From Schmidtea polychroa (Eukaryota), in NCBI GenBank assembly GCA_044892525.1, contig CM097885.1, positions 29,576,001 through 29,640,000 of the forward strand: a stretch of 64,000 nucleotides of DNA, written 5' to 3'. Below are positions 27,261-36,737 of the stretch, piece by piece. The notes beneath the pieces are model-generated. The model was not told the DNA's origin and did no database searches. It saw only the letters and a list, made by a program, of their open reading frames with translations. The position numbers and the translations under genes are program-made. Numbering within the stretch: position 1 is the stretch's first letter; the number at the start of each line of letters is the position of its first letter.

Positions 27261-27417
27261 ATATTATTATTTTTAAAAAATATTATTATTTTTATTATTA
27301 TTTTTAAAAATATTATTATTTTATTTTTAATTTTTTCAAAGTTCCCGCCAACGAAAATTAATAATCGATAGCTCATTTTAAAGCTCAATCCAAGACCTTT
27401 CGAATGAGCCATATATC

Positions 27418-27466
<49 letters not shown>

Positions 27467-27482
27467 CATTATTATTATTATA

Positions 27483-27543
<61 letters not shown>
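27418..27543. repeat. (ATT)n tract in left arm (longer mirror at 40358-40522)
   Basis: Direct reading. Confidence 0.95.
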
Positions 27544-27676
27544 GTATTAATCTATATACACCGAGTCTATATACTTTGAGTCTATCTGACAAAATATTTT
27601 GTCCCCCTATGGGTAATGCTCACAAGGGTACTGGTCACGCTCAACAAATCAACAAATCAACAAAACATACATTTAT

Positions 27677-28177
27677 TTAAACAATAAAATAATGTAAAAT
27701 TAACAAAGGTAAACTAAATATTGATGTACTACTATTCGCAGCAATATTGTTAGAAATTGGTAACGTTGAATTGATTTTCAGATATTCTATTGATCCTTTG
27801 ATTGTTTGAATTTCTCTTAATAATAATTCAATCTTTTTTAACAAATAATCATGCTTCTTATCAATAATCTTCATATTCTTTTTATTTTCAGTAATAGAGT
27901 TATTGAAAACCTCAATATGATCAATCAATTTAATTTTTATATTTTGTATATATTCAAATGTTAGTTCATAACTGTTTTCTAAATTCTCCAATCTTTGAGA
28001 TATTCTTTTTCCTGGATGCTTTGACCATTTTGGTTTATCGAGAATATATAAAATATCCATCAACTTGGCTGTATTCGGACAAACACATATTGATTTATTA
28101 AAAGACTCCACCGTTATTGTTGTATTGTGTGAGCACACACTCGTTATAATAATTAGCAATATGAATAGAGTTTTCAT
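27677..28177 (-). CDS. 166-aa putative secreted / GPI-anchored coiled-coil glycoprotein
   Basis: Signal peptide MKTLFILLIIITSVCS, several NxS/T sequons, heptad-rich middle, small-residue linker and hydrophobic C-terminus with no cytoplasmic tail. Confidence 0.7.
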   Translation of the reverse strand: MKTLFILLIIITSVCSHNTTITVESFNKSICVCPNTAKLMDILYILDKPKWSKHPGKRISQRLENLENSYELTFEYIQNIKIKLIDHIEVFNNSITENKKNMKIIDKKHDYLLKKIELLLREIQTIKGSIEYLKINSTLPISNNIAANSSTSIFSLPLLILHYFIV

Positions 28178-28282
28178 GGTGTATCAAATCAAAACCTTTC
28201 TTTTACATTTATAGTCTATCAACCAATCAAAATCATCCGGTATTAGTATAAATAAAACATCATATTTTAAATTATTGTAAAA

Positions 28283-28803
28283 ATGTCTCAATTTATGGAA
28301 AATCTTTTAAGAGAACTCGTCAACAGGAATATTATGGAAAGCCTATGTTTCCTGGTCGATCGGACCGAAAAGATTATAGAAGGTAATCACATTGATTATG
28401 ACGATGTGATCAATTCTGATTGTCTCGAAACCAAAAAATTCTATTTTAATAGAATTTTTAACTGTCTATGCGACGATCAGATGAAGTGGACCCGAATACT
28501 AGTAGGGTTCGCTTATATGAAAATAATAATCCAAAGAAGTCTATGGGACTCAGAGCACTATTATCAGTGGTCTCAAGAAGTAATACTTTTATAATTTATA
28601 TTTTATTAATATTTATTTTCTAGATAATCAAGTCAAAGTTTCAACCATGGATTGAAGCCAATGGCGGATGGGGAGTACTCAATCAACTCGCCAGAAATGC
28701 AAAAGAAATAGACGATCAGAAAAGAAAATTTAAAAACTATGTAAAACTTGCAACAGGTGTTGCTATTTTGTATATTTTAACCAGATTTTTAAATAAAAAT
28801 TAA
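28283..28803 (+). CDS. Bcl-2 family protein, 158 aa, two exons (28283-28579, 28624-28803)
   Basis: BH1-like KWTRILVGFAY. 44-nt GT..AG intron. Exon 2 gives BH2 WIEANGGW and a C-terminal hydrophobic anchor LATGVAILYILTRF. Confidence 0.85.
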
Positions 28804-28862
28804 TATAGTTATTTTTGTTTGATTTTTAAATAAATTTACAAACACTAATTAACTAAGATTTA

Positions 28863-29240
28863 TTAATTAACACATTCGCAGTCGTCATCTCCAAATTTCA
28901 TTATATTTTCAACGACATGATCAATACAATCATTCGTAATATTATCTTTAGATTCATCTTTAGGTTCCTCTATAGGTTCCTCTATAGGTTCATAGATTTC
29001 CTCTTGAGTTTCTTCCTCATCAATTTCTTGAGTTTCTTCCTCATCATCAAATCCTGTATCTTGACTCTCAACTAACCAGCCGATATTTAAGGCATTTGTA
29101 ATAGATAATATATCCTCCATTTTCACACCAGATATTTCTGCTAACTTTTCCAACAAAAAGTTGATTAAAAATTCTAAATAATAAATAATTCGGTAATTAA
29201 TTAATTAATCATGTTAACCTTTTTCTACAGTCATTTTCAT
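28863..29240 (-). CDS. Acidic ~110-aa protein, two exons (intron 29174-29218)
   Basis: ATG exon MKMTVEK joined in frame by a 45-nt GT..AG intron. EEETQEI and EEP repeats. Confidence 0.6.
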
Positions 29241-29369
29241 CACTTTAAAACTAAATTATAAGTTTGTTTATAGATTTTCTTTGTTAAATTTGCATGTCAT
29301 TTGCATTTATGTTGCAATTAATAAAGAGAAAAAAAACAAATCTGACTAATACATTTATTAAATATAACA

Positions 29370-29780
29370 TTAAAATATTTGTGAAAGTCTAGCAGACATA
29401 ATTTTCCAAATAGGAGAATATACATCATTATTATCAACTTTATATCCCTGGATTGCAATTGTTATATACCAATTTTCATTTTCTTTGAAAGCGATTTCAT
29501 CAAAGGAATCATAAAATCTTGCATATTTATTGTTGAACCATGCATGTTGATTACACGATAGATTCGAATCTATCCGTTTAAAAACATCATCAATAGTTTT
29601 GACATCAATCATTGAAAGCGTGCCGGATAAGAATTCAAATTTAGTTGGAATTAGCTTGACTGGTGCAACCAATTTCATATTGATTTCTTCTTTCAAAAAA
29701 TACATTTTGTAGTTGTGGAACATTTGAACTGGTTGTACCATTTCTTTAGGTTTTTCGGTGCTTGAAATTTTCTTGGTCAT
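29370..29780 (-). CDS. 136-aa unknown protein, possibly OB-fold ssDNA-binding
   Basis: Clean ATG ORF with CCAAT and TATA upstream. The beta-rich C-terminus WYITIAIQGY..SPIWKIMSARL is only suggestive. Confidence 0.6.
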   Translation of the reverse strand: MTKKISSTEKPKEMVQPVQMFHNYKMYFLKEEINMKLVAPVKLIPTKFEFLSGTLSMIDVKTIDDVFKRIDSNLSCNQHAWFNNKYARFYDSFDEIAFKENENWYITIAIQGYKVDNNDVYSPIWKIMSARLSQIF

Positions 29781-30140
29781 CGTGAATAATGAATAAATTT
29801 AAATGTTACAGGGTTTTTATACCTTTGACTCATGCCTATCAACCAATCAGATTATAGCATGTCTTTGTTTAAATTGCATTCAAAATGCATTGATGTTGCA
29901 TTGTCACATGTTCTATTTACAGATTTATTATTAATGTTTAAATTATTACATGTTTTGATATATGTACAGATTTATTATTAATATGTTTCATTATTATTAA
30001 TGTTTTTACTATTATTACTATTCATATTTCTATTACTATTATTATTATTATTACTATTATTATTATTACTATTATTATTTCAAATATAAAACACAATAAA
30101 ACACAATAAAAAAGATAAAACACAATAAAAAATACATTTA

Positions 30141-30554
30141 TTAATAACCCAAATCTACAATCTTGGAGTAGTGAAACCTTCTCAGAGTTTTCACTAACTC
30201 CCATTCGACATATCGCCGATATCGATCGGCGCAACATGAGCATCCGATGATGCACTGGTACTCTGGCTCCATTTGTTTGATGGTTCTGTTAATCTTTATA
30301 TCCCACAGAAACTGGTGAAATACATCCATGATTCGAATTTGAGTCGCATAGAATATCAGATCTGGAATGATCTCAGGTTCGCGATCCTTGATAATTTCAA
30401 TAATTTGAGGATAATAATATTTTATCCTTTTTATCATAACTTCTAAATATTTCTCTAAAATAATAAATAGTAAATAATGTGAAAAAAAAATTTTAAATTT
30501 ACCGGAATCGTCGATATCTTTCATGAGGGTTGCAGAGCTTGGTAATTTGTACAT
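30141..30554 (-). CDS. Unknown protein with CxxxCxCC motif, probable 48-nt intron (30455-30502)
   Basis: ATG at 30554. In-frame T-rich GT..AG segment. QCIIGCSCCADR near the C-terminus. Confidence 0.6.
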   Translation of the reverse strand: MYKLPSSATLMKDIDDSGKFKIFFSHYLLFIILEKYLEVMIKRIKYYYPQIIEIIKDREPEIIPDLIFYATQIRIMDVFHQFLWDIKINRTIKQMEPEYQCIIGCSCCADRYRRYVEWELVKTLRRFHYSKIVDLGY

Positions 30555-30627
30555 AGTGTTGAAAAAATGAATTCTAAACAAAAACCGTTTGTTTAAATCA
30601 ATCAATAACCAATTAGAAATTAACCAA

Positions 30628-31065
30628 TTAGAAATCGACCAATGAAATTATCTCATTTCGAACATTGTCAACAAATTCTCTATACTCCAAATTTCTCAAC
30701 CCCAACATGACAACCTTTCCACTAGGAAACACGTTGACACATATAGGGTTATATTTTAATAGTCTTAGTGCCGGAAACAATTCCGGTTCAAACATACAAT
30801 CACATTTTTTCGACATGTTATATAGATTGATACTATGTCCCATATCCATAGTAACGGTAATTGATTGGATTTTAATATTATTTATTCGATATTGTAATTT
30901 ATTAATATCCAAAGGTTTCTTACATCCCATGATTCTGCATTTACCAGTCTTGAAAAATATTATCGGATATTTCCCACTTCTATCGATAATTTGCTGGGGT
31001 TTCCCTGGTGGGAACCTCATATTCGATACATCAAAATTTCCTCGATAATTTATATTTGCTAACAT
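30628..31065 (-). CDS. TATA-box-binding-protein-like, 145 aa
   Basis: Two TBP repeats: IIFFKTGKCRIMG and KIQSITVTMD..INL..FEPELFPAL..VNVFPSGKVVMLG (TBP has LIFxSGKxVxTG and YEPELFPGL). Confidence 0.85.
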   Translation of the reverse strand: MLANINYRGNFDVSNMRFPPGKPQQIIDRSGKYPIIFFKTGKCRIMGCKKPLDINKLQYRINNIKIQSITVTMDMGHSINLYNMSKKCDCMFEPELFPALRLLKYNPICVNVFPSGKVVMLGLRNLEYREFVDNVRNEIISLVDF

Positions 31066-31164
31066 TATTAAATCATTTATGAAAATTAGTCTTTATATAC
31101 AAATTGAGCACGAGTTCATTAAATCATCGAATATAAACAAATACACATTTATAAAATATTTGAA

Positions 31165-31791
31165 ATGGAATTAAGAAATGATGCTGTATACCAAATCGTT
31201 GGTCCGAGTGGTAGTGGAAAAACATTATTTGTTTGTAAATTACTAAAATCCAATTTATTCAAATCAAAATTCAACAGGATTTATTGGCATAGGGGTGCTG
31301 ATGAAGAACATGGATTAACTCAATCAAGTTTCTGTAAATTAAAAAACATGAAAATAGTAAAGGGATTCGATAAAAACTGGTCCAGCCGATTAAAGAAAGG
31401 CGATGTCATTATTATCGATGATTTGTATCAAGAAGCTAATAAAGAAAAAGATTTTAATAATTTATTTACAAAGATTAGCAGACATGTCGGTGTAACAGTT
31501 ATTTTCATAACTCAAAATCTATTTCATCAAGGTGGGGCACATCGAACACGTAATTTAAATGTACAATATTTAGTCATTTTCAAGAATCCTAGAGATGCAA
31601 CAGTGATTGATTTTCTTGCACGTCAAGCATACCCTAACAATCGTAATTTTCTTATCAGTGCATTTCAAGATGCTACAAAAATACCTCATGGATATATATT
31701 TCTTGATTTCACACAACAATGTCCCGATGATTTACGTGTAAAAACAGATATTTTCAACCCAAAAGGTGCCATGGTTTATAAACAAAGTTGA
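31165..31791 (+). CDS. Polinton packaging ATPase (A32/FtsK-like)
   Basis: Walker A GPSGSGKT, Walker B IIIDDL, SRH..VIFITQNLF, FKNPRD. Confidence 0.95.
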   Translation: MELRNDAVYQIVGPSGSGKTLFVCKLLKSNLFKSKFNRIYWHRGADEEHGLTQSSFCKLKNMKIVKGFDKNWSSRLKKGDVIIIDDLYQEANKEKDFNNLFTKISRHVGVTVIFITQNLFHQGGAHRTRNLNVQYLVIFKNPRDATVIDFLARQAYPNNRNFLISAFQDATKIPHGYIFLDFTQQCPDDLRVKTDIFNPKGAMVYKQS

Positions 31792-31809
31792 AAACCTCTA
31801 TGAATAATA

Positions 31810-32343
31810 ATGTTTCTAAAAGCAAGGGTGAAAAATATTAGGAAATTAAGAAAAGGTATTAGAAAGACTATTAAAGTTCCAAAGGTTCCACCAACAACTA
31901 GTTATACACCATCTAAAAAACTTGTAACTAAAAATTTCTCTGCAATGAATCTTATTTCGAAAAATCCTAAACCTAAACGTAAAACCCGTAAAACCCGTAA
32001 AACCGGTAAAAAAGTAGTTAAAAATCATCGCAGTTTTCCATTTTTTAATGCATTGTTAAAGGCTCCGAGTATGAAAAGAATGAATATATTGCAATCATTC
32101 CCAAATTTTGTTGTCGATGATTTACTCAATATTATACTTAAAGTAGTCAAAGGCAAAATTAAAATCAGTAAATCAAAAAAGCATTTATTGAGCAAACATA
32201 GGAAACCTTTATTATCTTTAGTAAATAATAAAAATCGTAAGCAAATGAGGAAAATTATATATAAACAACAAGGTGGATTTATTGGTGCCTTGATACCTCT
32301 GGCATTATCATTATTAGGTGGAGTTGTAGGAAATCAATCATAA
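31810..32343 (+). CDS. Basic virion core-like protein with QGG cleavage site and amphipathic tail
   Basis: Lys/Arg-rich. Ends KQQGGFIGALIPLALSLLGG, an adenain-type xxGG site followed by a hydrophobic helix. Confidence 0.75.
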   Translation: MFLKARVKNIRKLRKGIRKTIKVPKVPPTTSYTPSKKLVTKNFSAMNLISKNPKPKRKTRKTRKTGKKVVKNHRSFPFFNALLKAPSMKRMNILQSFPNFVVDDLLNIILKVVKGKIKISKSKKHLLSKHRKPLLSLVNNKNRKQMRKIIYKQQGGFIGALIPLALSLLGGVVGNQS

Positions 32344-32346
32344 ACA

Positions 32347-32574
32347 ATGGGTGCTAATCCTTCATTGCCCGACATTAAATTTAATTTTAAATCTTCTTGT
32401 TGTAATGGAGAAGATTTGGACGAACCCAGAAGACGAAGCCGGTTTCGGTGGAGTGGCAAAATTAAACAAAAGAGTTCCGAATTCGAAAAAAGAAACCCAG
32501 AAGTGGTTATCAGATCAGCTTGCGTACAGTTTGAACAAACCAATGCGGAAAAGATTTCCAACAAGAGCGTATAA
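32347..32574 (+). CDS. 75-aa putative myristoylated protein overlapping the integrase 5' end
   Basis: ATG 3 nt after the previous stop. MGANPS fits MGxxxS. CC pair at residues 18-19. Confidence 0.5.
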   Translation: MGANPSLPDIKFNFKSSCCNGEDLDEPRRRSRFRWSGKIKQKSSEFEKRNPEVVIRSACVQFEQTNAEKISNKSV

Positions 32575-32792
32575 AACATTTGGTATTGACGATTTATGGC
32601 AAATGGATTTGATGGAGATGATACCATATTCGAAAATTAACAATGGGAATAAATATATTTTAACATGTATTAATGTATACAGCAGGTTTACACGAGCAAT
32701 ACCAGTCAAGGCAAAATCTGCAGAAGAAATGTCCAAGGCAATTAATATTTTATTTAAAGATGGACATCCTAATAATTTGCAAACAGATTTAG

Positions 32793-32860
<68 letters not shown>

Positions 32861-33490
32861 TTAGGTAAAGAATTCTACAATAGCAAAGTTAAGCAAATCC
32901 TCGATAAACTGAAAATAAATCATTACTCGGTACATTCTCAATACAAAGCTGCCCATGTTGAAAGATTTAATCGAACATTGAGAGATAGATTAAAGAAATT
33001 GTTCGTGCATCAAGGTAATAAAAAATGGGTAAATGCTTTACCGAAAATAATAACAAGTTATAATCATTCATCACATCGAGGACTGAATGGATTGAGACCG
33101 GTTGATATTACATCAAAAACACCATTATCTAAAAAATCTGTAAAAATTGCAAAACCTAAATATAAAGTCGGTGACCATGTTAGAATTAGTAAAATTAGTG
33201 CATCACCATTTATTAAAAATTTTGATACAAATTGGAGTGATGAAGTCTTTGTAATTTCAAAAATAAATACTAAACAGAATCCTGTAATGTATGTCATCAA
33301 AGACAATGATAATAATATTGTACAGGGGAAATATAATGAGCAGGAATTACAAGTCATTCCTCCCCCAAAAGTATTTAGAATTCAAAAAATATTGAAAACT
33401 AAAAAGGTCGGTAAGGATAAACAATACTATATCAAATGGCACGGTTATCAAAACCCGTCATGGATATCGTCAAAAGACCTAGTAAAATGA
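32405..33490 (+). CDS. Retroviral-type (rve) integrase with C-terminal chromodomain; intron 32793-32864
   Basis: WQMDLMEM, spliced LQTDLGKEF, VERFNRTL, YKVGDHVRIS, IQKILK..YYIKWHGY..SW. The poly-Ile stretch is a GT-(ATT)n-AG intron. Confidence 0.93.
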
Positions 33491-34491
33491 ATTTTTATAT
33501 TATTTTACCTAGCAATAGCTGTCCACTTATTCATCCAGATAATAAAGCCAGCAAATTCAGGGTCAATCTTCAAAATCCGATATATTTGGATAATAGCTGG
33601 GAAGTTGCTCTGTTGGATTTTACATTTGTATACCAAGCCTTTCCATTTTATAGTAAGGCTAAAATTGGATACAAAAAGAATGAGTGGCAGGATAGATTAT
33701 TGTCTATGATCATTGATAATGCAGATGATGAAGTTCGGTTGTCTAACTCAACTGATCCAGCTGTGAAAATGTATATTAACCATTCATATATAGTAGTTGA
33801 ATGTAAACATTATCCTTTTACTGTAAAATTTGATAGTTTGGAAATGGCAAAACGATTGGAATTAAAAACCCAAAGTCATAAAGTTCTTTCCGATAAATTC
33901 ACTATGCTACGACCGGGATATTCCAAAACTGTACAGCGATTTGAACCAATTTTATTTACAGTTTCATATCCGGGTATAACGTCTGGTACATTTGAGTTCA
34001 AAGATAATTTATACATTTCGAAATTGGATGAATTACAGACATATTTAAAACAAAGTGGTTTATTTAAATCATTGGAAATATCAGACAGATTCAAATTCAG
34101 TTTGAATCCCGAATTTACTGAAATTACTTTTGATGCAAATCTAATAAAAACATTAGGATTATCAAAAGCAACATATGCTCAAGATGATCAAGGTACCCTA
34201 GCTCCGAAAATAATTAAACTTCACCAACAAATGTTCATCTATAGTAATATTGTTGATCCTGTAATTGTTGGCGATTCTTTGGTCCCACTCCTGAAATCTG
34301 TTTGGATTGAAAAATATGAACATGATGAAGTAGTCAATATAAATATCGATAATCCCATGTATTTACCTGTGTCAACCTCATGTATAAACAATATAGAAAT
34401 AAATATACGTGATGATTCTGGTAAATTAATCGCATTTCCAAAAGATTCAAAAACTCATTTAACATTACATTTTCGTAAAGTAGATGGCTAA
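33487..34491 (+). CDS. Polinton minor capsid (penton) protein, single copy
   Basis: MNFYIILPSNS..NKASKF..WEVAL and FIYSNIV..VGDSLVPLL..PMYLPV..IEINIRDDSG..LTLHFRK. Confidence 0.9.
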   Translation: MNFYIILPSNSCPLIHPDNKASKFRVNLQNPIYLDNSWEVALLDFTFVYQAFPFYSKAKIGYKKNEWQDRLLSMIIDNADDEVRLSNSTDPAVKMYINHSYIVVECKHYPFTVKFDSLEMAKRLELKTQSHKVLSDKFTMLRPGYSKTVQRFEPILFTVSYPGITSGTFEFKDNLYISKLDELQTYLKQSGLFKSLEISDRFKFSLNPEFTEITFDANLIKTLGLSKATYAQDDQGTLAPKIIKLHQQMFIYSNIVDPVIVGDSLVPLLKSVWIEKYEHDEVVNINIDNPMYLPVSTSCINNIEINIRDDSGKLIAFPKDSKTHLTLHFRKVDG

Positions 34492-34700
34492 TTCGGATAT
34501 TATAAGTATGTATAGTGGTAGCCAATCTGGCGGTGAATTACCATATTTTATTGGGAAACAGTACGGATCAGGATGGTTGAGAACAATTGGTAGATTTGCA
34601 CTTCCTATTCTTAAACGTATTGGTAGTTTTGGTATGAAAACTGCTAAAGATGTTATTATGAATGAACAGAAAATATTACCATCTCTAAAATCAAATGCTT
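34484..34700 (+). pseudogene. Core protein gene truncated by the fold-back junction
   Basis: QSGG and QYGSG cleavage-like sites and amphipathic WLRTIGRFALPILKRIG. The sequence turns into its own reverse complement at 34698. A longer homolog lies at 25155-25550. Confidence 0.85.
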
Positions 34701-34831
34701 TAGCAGTTTTCATACCAAAACTACCAATACGTTTAAGAATAGGAAGTGCAAATCTACCAATTGTTCTCAACCATCCTGATCCGTACTGTTTCCCAATAAA
34801 ATATGGTAATTCACCGCCAGATTGGCTACCA
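34516..34831. repeat. Central 134-bp hairpin with 48-nt loop
   Basis: 34516-34649 is the reverse complement of 34698-34831. Confidence 0.95.
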
Positions 34832-35029
34832 ACTTGTTATTATTTTCGGTAAAGCATTTACCCATTTTTTATTACCTTGATGCACGAACAATTTCTTTAA
34901 TCTATCTCTCAATGTTCGATTAAATCTTTCAACATGGGCAGCTTTGTATTGAGAATGTACCGAGTAATGATTTATTTTCAGTTTATCGAGGATTTGCTTA
35001 ACTTTGCTATTGTAGAATTCTTTACCTAA

Positions 35030-35109
<80 letters not shown>

Positions 35110-35497
35110 CTAAATCTGTTTGCAAATTATTAGGATGTCCATCTTTAAATAAAATATTAATTGCCTTGGACATTTCTTCTGCAGATTTTGCCTTGACTGG
35201 TATTGCTCGTGTAAACCTGCTGTATACATTAATACATGTTAAAATATATTTATTCCCATTGTTAATTTTCGAATATGGTATCATCTCCATCAAATCCATT
35301 TGCCATAAATCGTCAATACCAAATGTTTTATACGCTCTTGTTGGAAATCTTTTCCGCATTGGTTTGTTCAAACTGTACGCAAGCTGATCTGATAACCACT
35401 TCTGGGTTTCTTTTTTCGAATTCGGAACTCTTTTGTTTAATTTTGCCACTCCACCGAAACCGGCTTCGTCTTCTGGGTTCGTCCAAATCTTCTCCAT
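34831..35497 (-). pseudogene. Mirror integrase copy, 3'-truncated; intron 35026-35109
   Basis: Matches the left copy up to LPKIITS. Intron is 84 nt versus 72 nt. Confidence 0.9.
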
Positions 35498-35555
35498 TAC
35501 AACAAGAAGATTTAAAATTAAATTTAATGTCGGGCAATGAAGGATTAGCACCCAT
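35328..35555 (-). CDS. Mirror copy, putative myristoylated protein
   Basis: Identical translation to 32347-32574. Confidence 0.5.
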   Translation of the reverse strand: MGANPSLPDIKFNFKSSCCNGEDLDEPRRRSRFRWSGKIKQKSSEFEKRNPEVVIRSACVQFEQTNAEKISNKSV

Positions 35556-35558
35556 TGT

Positions 35559-36092
35559 TTATGATTGATTTCCTACAACTCCACCTAATAATGATAATGC
35601 CAGAGGTATCAAGGCACCAATAAATCCACCTTGTTGTTTATATATAATTTTCCTCATTTGCTTACGATTTTTATTATTTACTAAAGATAATAAAGGTTTC
35701 CTATGTTTGCTCAATAAATGCTTTTTTGATTTACTGATTTTAATTTTGCCTTTGACTACTTTAAGTATAATATTGAGTAAATCATCGACAACAAAATTTG
35801 GGAATGATTGCAATATATTCATTCTTTTCATACTCGGAGCCTTTAACAATGCATTAAAAAATGGAAAACTGCGATGATTTTTAACTACTTTTTTACCGGT
35901 TTTACGGGTTTTACGGGTTTTACGTTTAGGTTTAGGATTTTTCGAAATAAGATTCATTGCAGAGAAATTTTTAGTTACAAGTTTTTTAGATGGTGTATAA
36001 CTAGTTGTTGGTGGAACCTTTGGAACTTTAATAGTCTTTCTAATACCTTTTCTTAATTTCCTAATATTTTTCACCCTTGCTTTTAGAAACAT
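35559..36092 (-). CDS. Mirror copy, basic core-like protein
   Basis: Identical translation to 31810-32343. Confidence 0.75.
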   Translation of the reverse strand: MFLKARVKNIRKLRKGIRKTIKVPKVPPTTSYTPSKKLVTKNFSAMNLISKNPKPKRKTRKTRKTGKKVVKNHRSFPFFNALLKAPSMKRMNILQSFPNFVVDDLLNIILKVVKGKIKISKSKKHLLSKHRKPLLSLVNNKNRKQMRKIIYKQQGGFIGALIPLALSLLGGVVGNQS

Positions 36093-36110
36093 TATTATTC
36101 ATAGAGGTTT

Positions 36111-36737
36111 TCAACTTTGTTTATAAACCATGGCACCTTTTGGGTTGAAAATATCTGTTTTTACACGTAAATCATCGGGACATTGTTGTGTGAAATCAAG
36201 AAATATATATCCATGAGGTATTTTTGTAGCATCTTGAAATGCACTGATAAGAAAATTACGATTGTTAGGGTATGCTTGACGTGCAAGAAAATCAATCACT
36301 GTTGCATCTCTAGGATTCTTGAAAATGACTAAATATTGTACATTTAAATTACGTGTTCGATGTGCCCCACCTTGATGAAATAGATTTTGAGTTATGAAAA
36401 TAACTGTTACACCGACATGTCTGCTAATCTTTGTAAATAAATTATTAAAATCTTTTTCTTTATTAGCTTCTTGATACAAATCATCGATAATAATGACATC
36501 GCCTTTCTTTAATCGGCTGGACCAGTTTTTATCGAATCCCTTTACTATTTTCATGTTTTTTAATTTACAGAAACTTGATTGAGTTAATCCATGTTCTTCA
36601 TCAGCACCCCTATGCCAATAAATCCTGTTGAATTTTGATTTGAATAAATTGGATTTTAGTAATTTACAAACAAATAATGTTTTTCCACTACCACTCGGAC
36701 CAACGATTTGGTATACAGCATCATTTCTTAATTCCAT
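36111..36737 (-). CDS. Mirror copy, packaging ATPase
   Basis: Identical translation to 31165-31791. Confidence 0.95.
   Translation of the reverse strand: MELRNDAVYQIVGPSGSGKTLFVCKLLKSNLFKSKFNRIYWHRGADEEHGLTQSSFCKLKNMKIVKGFDKNWSSRLKKGDVIIIDDLYQEANKEKDFNNLFTKISRHVGVTVIFITQNLFHQGGAHRTRNLNVQYLVIFKNPRDATVIDFLARQAYPNNRNFLISAFQDATKIPHGYIFLDFTQQCPDDLRVKTDIFNPKGAMVYKQS

Noticed and set aside
30665..31048. Antisense or alternate-frame ORFs over TBP, integrase, RT and capsid genes (e.g. 22142-22679, 33064-33357, 62373-62732)
   Set aside because: Shadows of well-supported genes on the other strand.
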